Program-made: the position numbers and the translations under genes
NCBI GenBank assembly: GCA_002633005.1
Contig: NMRA01000105.1
Location: forward strand, 372,001 to 436,000
DNA length: 64,000 nucleotides
Direction of reading: 5' to 3'
Source: Phoronis australis
Taxonomy: Eukaryota > Animalia > Phoronida
The notes under the pieces: model-generated
What the model was told of the DNA's origin: nothing
Seen by the model: the letters and a program-made list of their open reading frames with translations, nothing else
Database searches by the model: none
In this document: positions 14,191 to 27,600 of the stretch, one piece after another
Layout: the number at the start of each line of letters is the position of its first letter
How positions within the stretch are numbered: the first letter of the stretch is position 1

Positions 14191-16039
14191 ATCATTTTAC
14201 ACAGATAACCACCAGCAGTTAACCATTTAATCCTAAGCAGCATAACTAAGCCTAATGACTGCTCTGGCAGATACACTGACTGTCAATCTCAAGGCATTGA
14301 CAGATAATTAAGCCCCTCATAAGAGATAATCAAAGACATCCACATCATCTGATGACACTAAACATTACAGAAATGAGACTTCTACACATTAATATCCCTT
14401 CAGAGAGTAAGAGGAAATGAAATGGCACTGTAGTCTACTACAGCACTAGATGGCATGCTGTCTCTCAGTCGGATAATATCAAACCTTACCAACAAGTTTG
14501 ATTGGTTAACCTACAAAGTTAATATTTACATATAGATACAGAAAAATCTCACCAATTAATATTAATTTTTCTTTTTTTTCATACGAGATAGGAGGTTCTC
14601 ACCAAATACTGTCTCGCAGTAAGACACTATGATCAAACCTTTCCCAGATAGTTTGACATATGGTTTGATCGGTTTACCACTCACAACACCAAACTGACAA
14701 CTTTGATAACAAAGTTAATATTTGCATAAGTAGATACAGTAAAATTTCGTACATGATACAGTAGACACATATATATCAATTCTTAGCCACCTTCCAATCT
14801 TACAGACCTCAAGGCTGCTTTGTGGCTGGAGAAAAGTTACAAGCTTGTAGGTCTACAATATACACTACTCACTAACCCCAGTACCTATATGTATGTACTT
14901 ACCATAAAACTTTGCAACTGAGCCCATGCACCTAATTGTAAAAGCTGTGCCTATATGCGAAACATCCAGTACAAAATTCTTACGAACAACACCTTGAGGG
15001 TCGCCATGGAAAGCAGTGAGAACTGATGGGACTACCCTGATTGTAAATATTATGTAAATAGTACAACAGGTCCGTAGCCAGGGGGGTTCGGGAGTTCGAT
15101 CGAAACCCCCCCCCCNATCATTTTACACAGATAACCACCAGCAGTTAACCATTTAATCCTAAGCAGCATAACTAAGCCTAATGACTGCTCTGGCAGATAC
15201 ACTGACTGTCAATCTCAAGGCATTGACAGATAATTAAGCCCCTCATAAGAGATAATCAAAGACATCCACATCGTTTGATGACACTAAACATTACAGAAAT
15301 GAGACTTCTACACATTAATATCCCTTCAGAGAGTAAGAGGAAATGAAATGGCACTGTAGTCTACTACAGCACTAGATGGCATGCTGTCTCTCAGTTGGAT
15401 AATATCAAACCTTGCCCACAAGTTTGATTGGTTAACCTACAAAGTTAATATTTACATATAGATACAGAAAAATCTCACCAATTAATATTAATTATTCTTT
15501 TTTCATACGAGATAGGCGGTTCTCACCAAATACTGTCTTGCAGTCAGACACTATGATCAAACCTTTCCCAGATAGTTTGACAGATGGTTTGATCGATTTA
15601 CCACTCACAACACCAAACTGACAACTTTGATAACCAAGTTAATATTTACATAAGTAGACACAGTAAAATTTCGTGCATGATACAGTGGACAAATATATAT
15701 CAATTCTTAGCCACCTTCCAATCTTACAGACCTCAAGGCTGTTTTGTGGCTGGAGAAAAGTTACAAGCTTGTAGGTCTACAATATACACTACTCACTAAC
15801 CCCAGTACCTATGTGTATGTACTTACCATAAAACTTTGCAACTGAGCCCATGCACCTAATTGTAAAGCTGTGCCTATATGCGAAACATTCAGTACAAAAT
15901 TCTTACGAAAAACACCTTGAGGGTCGCCATGGAAAGCAGTGAGAACTGATGGGACTACCCTGATTGTAAATATTATGTAAATAGTACAACAGGTCCGTAG
16001 CCAGGGGGGTTCGGGAGTTCGATCGAAACCCCCCCCCCC
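14191..16039. repeat. Direct tandem duplication of about 926 bp (14191-15115 and 15117-16039) separated by a single n; probable uncollapsed haplotypes
   Basis: Near-identical copies with scattered substitutions and small indels; the junction is an assembly n at 15116 after a C-homopolymer. Confidence 0.85.
14996..15060 (+). mobile_element. Short 3'-end fragment of a non-LTR retroelement family (also at 15919-15983, and inverted at about 32525-32600 and 52920-52995)
   Basis: Shared core CCATGGAAAGCAGTG.GAACTGATGGG..TACCCT.ATTGTAAATATT followed by a (TAAA)n-like tail. Confidence 0.55.
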
Positions 16040-16228
16040 GCAAAAAATGTCCTGCCCCAGCAAATCCATTACGGTTAGGATATATGTATATGAACAACGA
16101 CAACAAAATTGTTGCACTGATTAATGGTATTACTAACTATAATAATAATCAAGTTGGTACTAGTCTCGTAATCAATTCGGGCCATACGTGGCAACTTTGC
16201 CAAGTGACCAGATGTGTTTGCGTTGATG

Positions 16229-16482
16229 CATGCACGCACCCAGGGGGGCTCGTTCGAGCCTCCCCATTTGGCAAAGTGGGCAAAAATGTCCGCCAGTGAG
16301 AAACAAAAAGTCCGAGAAAAATAAGACAAAAGTCCACTAAACAAGCACAAACGCGCAATTCACAGTGGTGCGCCCGTTTTTTACTTGTTTTTATTTTTTT
16401 AATCCGCCGGCTATTTTGTTACCAAAAGGTCCACAACGTTAGGAATTCGAGCCCTCCATATTGAAGGCTGGGTGCGCGCATG
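16229..16482. mobile_element. hAT-like MITE
   Basis: TIR CATGCACGCACCCAG / CTGGGTGCGCGCATG with G/C-run subterminal motifs. Confidence 0.55.
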
Positions 16483-17195
16483 GGATGACAAGATCTTGCA
16501 GACGATTAGCGGACACTTTAAATGTTATTACAACGCGTCCGCCACGTACGTTGAACGTGCGTGGCAGATATACCATAGGGTAACAAGGACCCAGAAGTAA
16601 ATGTCTATACTTACATAGCAGCAAGAGCTCCTAGAAAGTTGTATGCGAATGCCTTAAAATCGATCAATCAACAAATACTGTAGCAGAACACACTAGGTTT
16701 ATCTGTTATGGTGTAGTGGCCTGCATAGTGAAGTGCAGACCTTTTTAAGTTCAAATTGAAAGTGATCGTCGGATATTTCTGGACCACATTACATCGGAAT
16801 GTGGAACTCGTTTTTTACGAGTAACCGTCATGGCATCCTCACTTGTGGGATAGGCATATGCCCGTCTCATCTCAGGAAAACGGGGCTGAAGGTCATCATC
16901 GTGTATATGGATTTCCCTTCCGCCGAGTTTAGTTGCATATTGCGCAACAGAAAAATCTACATATGCCAACGTTTGTGAAATATAATCAAAAGGTCTACAG
17001 TTTTAGAAATTCGAACCAACCCCACACAATTCTGGCTCACGGGACTGTACAATAATAAATAAATAAATAAATAAATTTTGCACAAAGCCGCATGGTTCAA
17101 AAATTAAAATGGGTAAGAAAGGAATAGGCTCGGAAAGTCCAATGTCACCTCTTATTTTGCCATTTGTCCCCCCTCCCCCGATATTTTCGTGCCTA

Positions 17196-17226
<31 letters not shown>
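17196..17226. repeat. (AAT)n microsatellite; (AAAT)n nearby at about 17053-17075
   Basis: Direct reading. Confidence 0.85.
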
Positions 17227-17227
<1 letters not shown>

Positions 17228-20200
17228 CATATCAAGATTACTCTACAATTATTCTATTATCCAAGCATGGTTATAGTAAATCGCCAAGGTAGTGACTAGG
17301 TACCACCTGGGCCGTGTAGCTTATCACATACATTCCTAACTGAGATTCACACCAATTATCTTCACTTCTCTCTGCGATAACCTCCAAACCTCATTTTTTA
17401 GCTGATAATTGGCCAGTCAGCAAGAATGTGAAATACTAGATGGCGGACCACTGCAACTGGAGAATTATAAGGGTTAATGGGCAGATCTAGGTCATGGATT
17501 AGGGGTTCAACAGATAGGTAGAACAATGTGATTGTATGTGTTAACACTAGGATCACAAGAGCGGCAAAAGGCAATTTGAGACAAAAACAATTACCAAAAA
17601 CATCCTTTTTCATTATTCAATGGCTTATAACATGCTTGTGAATACAGCTGTGGTACAAAACATGAACATGGAAGAGTGTTTAATTTGCAGTAACATATGT
17701 TTCATGGAAAAGATGATGTAATAAATTTTCATTTGGCAACCATACTGTGTCCTAAATTGGTGAGATTTTGCCAGACAGATAAGCTGTGGGTGTTGGGGTA
17801 ATTTTCGTCAGAAGTTAGTTTTTTTCTTCACCAACACACATTTACTCATCACAATCATCAATTCTAGGCTAGGTTACACTTATCAAAGTATCAGTCAAAT
17901 TGGTTAAAACATTTGAAATCTTTTAGCTATTATGAAAAGTTATTAGCCAAAGACTTTCCTGCTTACCAATATCTCATTGTTGCAGTGATCACGTGTTTTA
18001 TTTTTCATAACATGGAGATGCTTGTTGCAAGATGAGGCAAAAAAATGAGGCAGCAACTAACTGTCTTGTATTAAGAGTACAAAACCAGCCTACACTCAGT
18101 CTGGCAAACACAAGTTGGTTTCTGAGCGTAAAACATTAACATACCACTGGTGGATCTCGGTGCTGAATTCACAATTTTTGAAGGAAATGCGTTCGTGTTA
18201 CATTTAAAAGTGGCAAGCCAGTGGCATTTTCAGTCGTGTGCAGAGGAAGAGGGTGTGATGCTCACCCCCTAAGGCTGCCTATGTCTAGAAAGGCCAACTT
18301 ATTTAGCTGTCAGTAGCAATGACTGGAGTGTTCTTTCCAGACCCACCTATTTTTAATTTGATCTTTGTACGAACAGTGTAAACAAGGGTTTACAAGTACC
18401 AGTAATTACAAGAAAACTAAGAGAAAAAACAGTTTCCATAACAAAGGCTTAAACTGATTATTAGTATTCCTTCCATTGTAACATTTTCTTCCCTTATTAT
18501 ACATAAATTTGCTTAATTTACAATTATTTATACAGATATCAAAACCACTAACATGGAACCCCTGTTTCAAAATTCCACGTTTACAATTTTTACCAAGGAT
18601 TTCTGCTTATTTAAACTTACCGTATTCCACCAGCCATTGTATGCCTTCATAAGAGAGACCTGTGTTTAATGCGCTATTTAACAGAACAAACTTTACAAAA
18701 GGAGTGTTCTGAAGGAAGGACTCACCACCATATTTACCAGACAACTGTCAACCAAAGTTGAAACTTGATAGATGAAAAGGACATGGCGAGCCCATTTACT
18801 TTCAGTCAGTTCGACAGTAGGAAAAAGGAAGACATTAGCAATTACTAACTATCAGTCACAATGACTCAGTGGATGGCTTCCAGAAAAAAAGATTTATTTG
18901 CAAACATTGAACTGCGGTCACAGTGTCAACAATATCTGATGTGAGACTGTGTTGGTAGACTTTTGACGTCATACAAAACAGTCCTCAGTAAAAACAAAAA
19001 TAAATACATCGTGGACTCCAACTGTGGAAAAAATTCTCCAGTCTGGGACAGAGAAAAATTAATAATTTTCATAGCTTGTACCAAGATATAGAATTAAGCA
19101 ATACTGGACATCCAAATTTCAATTTTTGCGATTGGAACGATGTACGAATAAGAGCTGTTTTCTTTACAAAAATGTCTTGTGTTCTGCAAGTTAATTTGGC
19201 ATAAAACCCGAACTAGGTGCACAATCAAAAATTCCCAACAGCGTTTTTGAGACATAACGTCACGTTTTCATTTAACAAAAAGCTTTAGTAAAATTGACTG
19301 GGGGGTTATTTAGCTATATATGTACCTTTCTGGCACATGAAAAGTTGACTTGAAAAAACGGGGTCACATGACAATAATAAAGACATAGTAGTAAGAACCA
19401 AATTCTTAGAATCCTCGATTTTTTTCTTTCAGGAAATAAATGGTTGGCATAGTATAGCTTTTTTTCGATATTTGACTTGAAGTTGAGGTCTTTTATTGGG
19501 GTCTCAGTAAACCTGGATGTAATATACTAGTAATTAAGGACATGATATGAAAGAAGAATGGTTCTTACTAAGTTTTTCATGAGAGATATCAATCATATCA
19601 CCAAATATAGGCTTTATCACTTTATGCTCTACAGCATAGCTTATGGTAACTATCAGATGATCCTATTAGAAATTGTGGCCATCCAAGGCAAAGTTAGAAG
19701 CTACGGCTTTTGGCATCAAAATTAATAAATTGGCAAGATTTTACCAGCAATCAAGACTAAACCAAAAAAATTCAAGAAGTAAACAACTCATGATTGTGAA
19801 ATCAAAACACACCGTTCCTAAGGTCGCTACATTCCTTTAAACATAGAGGGAGATTAACTAAACATGCAACATCATCCTTTGATAGGTGGCCGAAGCAACA
19901 ACAACACAATCACACCACATTCTTTTCAGTTGTAACAATATCTGCACGTAATTTGTTAAAAAGAACACACAAACTTACCAAACTGAAGTACAATTCAACT
20001 TTGACGACTTCCCTCAACACTTCTCGTCTGTAAAAAAAACAGGAACAATACAATAGAGTGAACAGTTGCACAGAGGTCAATGGGTGCAGAACGGCAGCCA
20101 TAATGAATACCAAAAGACAACCACAATACAGCCAGAGGTCACATGGTTACAGCAATCAGAGGCCTGCAACCCTGGGTGTCAATGAGACAATGGAAACAAA

Positions 20201-21818
20201 AATTAATTCTAAGGGAGAAAATAGGAGAAAACCACAGTTCCAAAATTTCAATATTTTAGGAGCAGTTATCATCAGGAAGTCAGAAACGACAAGTAATAAG
20301 CATTAGACAAGGAGATGTCAGTATACCACTGCAGCCTGACAGCTTGTGGTATATTTGCACCTTTCTCACTAAGCAAGTTTGGCTTCTGTTCCTGGCATCT
20401 GATATTGGTAAATATTTATAGGATGCCTGAGTTGAAACCAAATTTACAGGTGTAAACTAAGGAGTAAGACACATAAACTATTGCATAATACATAACATAC
20501 ACATTGCAATCATTGCAGCTTGCATATGTAAATACATATGCTTGCCAGCAACAGCTTGTCTGTGTTTATTTCTTCTATCCTAATCTTAAGATCGAATGAG
20601 ATTAGTTTGTGTTATCCAAGGCTTTGTAAAGCCATCTTATACAAGTACAACCAGAAACACAACTTGACTTCAAAACTCTCAACTGGTCTCCAGAATTCAA
20701 CACGTTAAAGTTTCTAAAACTTAAGAGAAATGCTATTCAAGTAAACTCATTCTAAGTCAATATCGTTAAGACATTTTACAGAACGGGCCATAATTACAGA
20801 TGCTTGCCAGTGAATGCCAGTGAGGTCACACATAGTGTTTGTAATGCATGTCCATGTCCATATCTCGCGATGTCTTGCGCTGTGATCTTACCTAACTAGC
20901 CTTACAGAACACAGCCCAAGTTTGTGTCTTTGACAACTAAAAGACTTCAGCTTCAAAATTTTGTAAAAAATTTCGTCATCAAAATCTTCTTAGAAAAGAC
21001 CAAGAGGTCACATAGCTTAAAAGTATGTTAAAATTTTAAAAACTTGTTTAACAACAAACCAAAGCTGGGTGTTTAGTGCGGACTCAGTCACTCAATTAAA
21101 GGGCTGGAACAAATCCTCATATGTTCCTCAACAGAGATGCCCCCCCCCAACAGTTTGATGTTTGAAACAACAACCTTCTCAGGCCATAAGACAAAGCTGC
21201 CATTCACTGTCAACATGAGTGAAGAGTGAGTGCTCTCTGCAGGCTTCACACAAATCACAGGACATGACACTGACCATAGGTCAGGAGCAGATACTGACTA
21301 ATGGTTCGCAGCAAATTAAGCAGAAACTACTGATAACTCTATCAAGTGTCCCACTGGTCTAATGATTAGTCTAGTGGTAAATCAAGGGGTGCATGCAATG
21401 AAGTGACACCTAGCACTACACAAGGCCACCACTTAAGCATTAGTTAACTTAGATGAATGGCTTACAAGATCCACCCTCTGTTGCCCACTAAGCAAAAGAC
21501 CTTAACAATAAAGAAATCCTACCAAGAATTTTTGCATGATCATGATTTATCAACCAGACCATTATACCACTGATATTGATGTGACAAAATTCCTTACAAC
21601 TTCCACTCAACAGCTATTCAACCAGTGACAAAAATGCAATTTCTGGCAAGTTTGCAAGGAACCCATATCATTTAACCAAGAGAGAAGAGGACTGGTGATC
21701 CAAGAGGTTGTACACACAGATTGCCCATATAAACCTCTTGGGATGGAGGGCCTGGTTAGGTCAGGTCCAAGTGGCTGTGAGAAGAAATAATTAGTATTAA
21801 CTTGGGTTCACAGGAGGC

Positions 21819-21870
21819 AAAATCGCTAGTTCCAGTGGCTAAATCGCTAGTTCCAGTGGCTAAATCGCTA
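21819..21870. repeat. 21-bp tandem repeat x2.5
   Basis: AAATCGCTAGTTCCAGTGGCT. Confidence 0.8.
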
Positions 21871-22513
21871 GCGGAAACACCACTAATTTAAGCCGAACGA
21901 GCTGTCTGTAATGCGGTCATTTTCACCAGCAGTTAGTTAGCTTCAATTTTTAAGTTAAATCTGATGTCAAACATGTTCACTCTGTGTCATAAAATTGACA
22001 AATGCTTCTATGAACAAAGACCTATTACTCCTACGCATGTGCGTTCTTTAAAGTAAGCAGCTTAGCTGTAAAAGTGCTCATGAAAACATCAGCAGTTTTG
22101 TGGTTACGTACTCAAACCTTCAGCAAAACTGACACTTTTAACTGTTTTCACCAGCATGTGAACGGGTACAGGTCAAGCCATCTGCAAGACAGTTGTTATT
22201 GTTTCTAAGGTTTTTATTTTCAATTCATAGTAAAGCTCGAAACAACGAAACAACAGTCAGGGCTAACAACAGGAAATATTGCTCGATAACATTTAGAATC
22301 CTTTAACCCACTGCAGTTGAACAGCATTCCCATGACCAGCTTATAACAAAAAAGAGGATCCATTCTTCATCAGCCCCATCTAGTGGTGAACATCAAGTCA
22401 TCCATAACAAAAGGAATGTCACCTTGAGTGGATTGGAAATTGTCAGTCACAGTGGAGGGCCAAACTTGATCCATAGTTAAACTTCAAATGCTCTACTGAT
22501 ATCCATCTTCTGG

Positions 22514-22574
22514 ATTTGAACTAGCGTTATTTATTTGAAGTAGCGTTATTTATTTGAACTAGCTTTATTTATTT
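22514..22574. repeat. 19-bp tandem repeat x3
   Basis: ATTTGAACTAGCGTTATTT. Confidence 0.8.
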
Positions 22575-24550
22575 ATCTACATTAAGTTTTACATGCCTAT
22601 CCAATAAAATGACTTCATTTTTCAGTAGAAGTTTTCTTCAAACAACACCTTGACATAATACTCACAGCTCTAGTGCTGCCTGTATTCGGTTTACCTCCAA
22701 CGCCAGTATCAGAGATTTCACAATGAATTCAACAAAACAAGACTGCCATATGTAACAAATGAACACACCTGTCCTTACGGAGAAAAACAAATCCGACTTC
22801 TTCCGTCTAGGTGATCCAACTAAGCTCGAGGATCAAGCTCCGGAGGTGTCATTTAGATACTCTTTATCAATTATCAGTTATGAGGAGCCACTTCACACAA
22901 ACAAAAGCCAGTTGACTTAAATCACAAGGAGCCACTTGAGACCATCATATACAGGCAAATTGAAGGTTCTGTCACATAGGGTTGGCAGTGGAAAACCAGA
23001 GACGGCATTCCCATGAACAACTAGGGTAAAATAGAGGAAAGTGGGACAAAGGTACACCTTACCAAAGTACCTAAACTGCACGGTTAACGGACTCGTAAAC
23101 ACGGTCATGGACGCATGAACACGACTCACGTACCTGCAAACACCGCTCACTGACTCACAAACACGGGAACGGACCTACAAAACACGATCCATTCACCCGA
23201 ATACATGGGACACGGACTCACATTCACAAAGAATCACGGTTAACGGATCGCCAAACACGATTCACTCCGACAAAGCATGCCATAAACATTGGTCACGGAC
23301 TCATCGGCTTCCTGGGTCAGCTGACATCTACATTTTGTCCGTTAGCTGTGTTTGGCAGTCCATTAACTGTGAAGAGGAATTGTAGTATTCTTAACAAATA
23401 AACTTATTTGCCAGATTTCATGTGAAGGAACTCCAAAGACACAGGGGCAAATGTAAAAAACTAAAAATGTCATTAAGGGGGCACAGCAATAGTCAGATCC
23501 ATCTGAAACTCCTCTTCATATTCAAAGGAACACATGCATCTACCAAATCTCCTAAGATTCTGCAAGGGGTTTAGGATACATAGCAGTAGATGTTGGAAGC
23601 CCAAATAAGGATGTCAGCAATATGCACCCACATATACAAATGTGGGTGCACCTACATACATATTTGTGGGCGCACAAAAAGCAACAATAAGCGCACAGTT
23701 GATATCAACCACTTCCCAAGTCTCATATTGTACACCAGCACCACCCAACACCAGAGTCAATCAACTCAATGGAGCCTCCAACTAGCTTCAGAGAAGATAG
23801 TTTATTTAACAAACTGTCAGACAGATCAGAGTTCCCTGACATTCCTGGCTATTACATTCCAACTGATAAGAGGAGGAAAGTGTCAAAACTCAAGAGCCTC
23901 CAGAGAAACACCTCACTTCTGGTCACATGCCAGGCAACTAAAGCAAGGGTTTTTATCAAACATACCGACACCTCACTCTGACCAATAAAATACTCGACAA
24001 GGTGGACAAACGAAATTCAAATCCTTTTCGTTTTTTTCATAATGAGCACCAAGCAAATGTTTTATCATCTTTTCAACTTCTAGCAACCATCAGACACTAT
24101 TTTAAGATATTTAGCTGGCATTCCCAAAAAGGTTAGAAGCTTTTGAAAAAAAGGTGAATTTTGGCAATTATTTTGACCAAACATTGAAAACCAGAGTGAG
24201 GCTTGATAAATCATTCTTTATTTTTCCCGTACTCCGACTTGAGTCACAAGTGTGTTGGCATCCCTAATAAAATAAATTTCCATCACATAACGCCTTTTTC
24301 TAGCTCCGCTAAAGAGATGAGTTAAATACGGGATCTGTGAATTGACAGTTGTCACGGTGTATGTATGTGTGTCCAACTAACAGTTTTCTGCACCAATCAG
24401 GCTGATAACCTACTGAAAATGTTTAGTTACGCCCATGTAAGCGCAGGTGCCATTAATGATTAACTACTGTCCTATTGGCACATGCATCCAAAAACAACAT
24501 ACGGTACTGTAATTCGTTACTCATTTAGCTCACAATATGGCAGACAAGCA

Positions 24551-24606
24551 AAATTTTGTCAAATTTCTGAAATTTTGTCAAATTTCTGAAACTTCGTCAA
24601 ATTTCT
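24551..24606. repeat. Tandem repeat x3, unit about 19 bp
   Basis: AAATTTTGTCAAATTTCTG. Confidence 0.75.
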
Positions 24607-27600
24607 TCACAGAAATAAAAAAGACTATTTCACTTCATTACCAACATAAATTGTATTGCATATTTGCATGCATGTCATAATCAACACTTGGTGAAGTTTC
24701 CTTATAGCTTTGAAAATTTGAAAATGACCCATTTTGGCAAGTATTTTTGTGCAAATTGAGTTAAGAATTACTACAGACGATGCCTTATCCTAAAACCCAC
24801 AGTTTGAGTAAAATATTTGCGAATGAATATTTGTCATTAACTTCAAAGATAAGAAAATAACCTACCTGCCTAAGTGTATTGATTGGCAATAAGTTCAGAC
24901 AGGTGTTAATAACTACCTTTAAGCATAGATCACACGAAGTCGAGTCTAATTTCACAAACACAGGTAATTAGTCAGACATACTTGAAAATGTGATTTTGTA
25001 GTTACATAAGTGACGAAGCAAACGGGTTTTCAATAAATCTCGAAATTTTCATCAGTACTCAAATGCTCTTTCAAATTAATCAATGAAGACAATTTTGTTG
25101 CCAATGGTAACCTGCCAATTCTAAGTCTGTGCAAGGTAACAGCCAAGAGGAAACTCAGTACTGGTCAGAAGAAATTAGTATGATCTAAAAAGCCTGTTAG
25201 ATAACACAGTGATGGAGATTACATGTAAATGTCTCCTAGCTGTAGACAGTTGTAAAACTTATTCAGTCTCCTGGGATTCACTTGTTAGGTAATGCAACTT
25301 CATTGGCAATGTCAATGCCTTATCGACCACTCTGGTTTTTACACTATCGAACATGACATTCACTAGCCTAATGTTTAGGAACACCAGACCCCAGCAACAT
25401 CTACTGTAGAAATGTTGGCACAGAGGTAAATGAAATCGCTCTTCTGGAGTGTCAGATGGAGCATAAAGACAGACACACCAAAGATAACAAGCAGGACAAC
25501 ACCAGAGACTATTCAGAGGACATCTTGAAGACAATGACATAGACTTTGACACTATCAAAAACACCAAGAATCTTGCTGACAACACCAACATCAACTGTGA
25601 TGAAGCCACAGTTTCCTACGCTTAAGACAACACAGACGATTACAAAAAAAAAACAAAATGAACCAGCTAAAACTGAAAACGAGACAAGACAAGAATAGCT
25701 GGTTAAGTTAACTTTTATTTAATAGTCTTTTGATAATGGTAGCACTTGGTAAAACGGAAAGATAAGGTTCTTTGTCCAGTTGGAGATATAACGCACTCCG
25801 CTACAGTTGCTCATGGAATTCCAACTATGGGTGGATTGGCCAAAAATGGTTCCAAGCATAGGGCATCGTAGCCCGATTTAGTGATTGGTCTCCGATCAAA
25901 CTCAACGCGAGACTTTCACCAAGCAACGGGAGGCAGATCACGTGGGACAGATGACTCTTATCGCCACCTGGCTGTACCAGGCGGTACTTCTTGACATAGG
26001 AGGTACATTTTGACTTTGTGGAAAGACCCTTGATGAGATTAGACGTTATGCATTTTTAAACGAACATGAGCTAACCTCCCAGTCCTCTAGAGGTCACTAA
26101 TATCTGGTGTCATGTCATGAGTCGCTATGCTGCCATTAGAAAGTCATCGGCTTTTAAAATTCCTAAACCATGCAGTGTAACTTTGACAATGTCATCTGCA
26201 AACAACTAGAATGATATTCTTACTAACAAGAGCAAAATGGTAGATTTGATCTGCCATATCACAGAAATGAAAAGTGCTTTTGATCCAGCAAATTTCCCCT
26301 GTTAAGAGTCAATTTTCAAAGCTCTCACTCAGACACAATGACTACAACGGAGACAATTTGTTCTAGACAAAAAGCTCACAGAATGAGTTCCAAACTAGAT
26401 ATACTAGTAGTCTAATGACATATCATACTGCTAACACACATTCCAGAAACAAACAGTTTGGAAAATGTACTCAGTGACTGACCAGAACAAACACTTGTGC
26501 ATAGGGAGTTTTTAGGTCAAATGTCACTCAAAATGGACAGAACTGGAGACAAAAATAGCTTTGAGCAGGTAACAAATCAGACTGGAATAAGCCAATCCTG
26601 ACAGCAAAGAGCACCTGTTGAAAAAAAGACTGACATATTTTCAAATTTCCAAACAAAAAGATCATTGTTTTGAAAAACAAAATTCCAAAGAAATTTCTGA
26701 AGGTCAACCCCCCAGACAACACAGCAGTTGTGTGGCATACTTAAAATGAAATGAGTTTACTACCAAGTAACAGGCACTGTAGAACAGCAACGGTGTCTCA
26801 GAACGATGTTCTAGCTATTAAATGTACGTTTTTTGTTGGCAATCTATTTAGAGCCTGAAGCTTATTTGGAAACATTTAGCACTTCCAGTGCTGCTAATAT
26901 CATTTTACGGATCATCAACAATGTCCAGACTGTCTGTCAGAGGGCTCTGGCAACCAAGTACACAAAGGATGCAAATGGCATTCTTCAAACAAGAAAAAAA
27001 TCCATTATCTACAAAGTGGGTAGACAGTCTTGAACAAGTCCCAGCAAGGTGTAAGTAACATGTACAATGTGAGAGACCACGGTATGCTCTGATTCATTGT
27101 TGAAAACCAAGCAGTAGGATTTGTGGCTAAAAAGGGAAGGTCACTGGTAGGTCTCCTCCAGACTAATATTGAACTGTAACAGGTGTTTGACTGATTTCAT
27201 TCTTACAGTTTAGGTTGCACTTTGTACCTTGACCAACAAAGGCCACTGTTATAATAATAAAGACATTCCTGCCTCCTACAAATAACCATTGTTGTCAGTG
27301 CATATTTGATGCCTTTCAACCCACTTCCCATTGAAAACTACCAATTACAAGGTATGAAATGGACACAGCTATGTAGCCTGGCTGACTGACTGTACAATTT
27401 TACAGGACAGCACACTGTTTACAGCATTCCTCAGAAAACGTAGCTCTACTTGCAGTGGTTACTGAATCCAACCTCTGCACACACACCTCCGTGTTTTCTC
27501 GATGACCGAATGTCGGCCTGAACACGGGGACCATTATGCTGTGTAGGTATTGACCAGAAGTTGTAAAGCTTAGAAATATCTGAAAGGAATCGGAACACTC

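Noticed and set aside
14191-16039. 926-bp tandem duplication as a real enhancer or segment duplication
   Set aside because: The copies are joined by a single assembly n after a homopolymer and differ at allele-like levels. Most likely two haplotype contig ends; read depth or long reads would decide.
16706-16760. tRNA gene (A-box TGGTGTAGTGG, B-box-like GTTCAAAT); similar hints at about 1350-1380 and 41210-41285
   Set aside because: No cloverleaf can be formed; at most decayed tRNA-derived SINE heads.
23590-23988. ORFs of 132 and 70 aa as a nested gene in the plexin intron
   Set aside because: No recognisable domain or splice context, and the region overlaps a repeat fragment.
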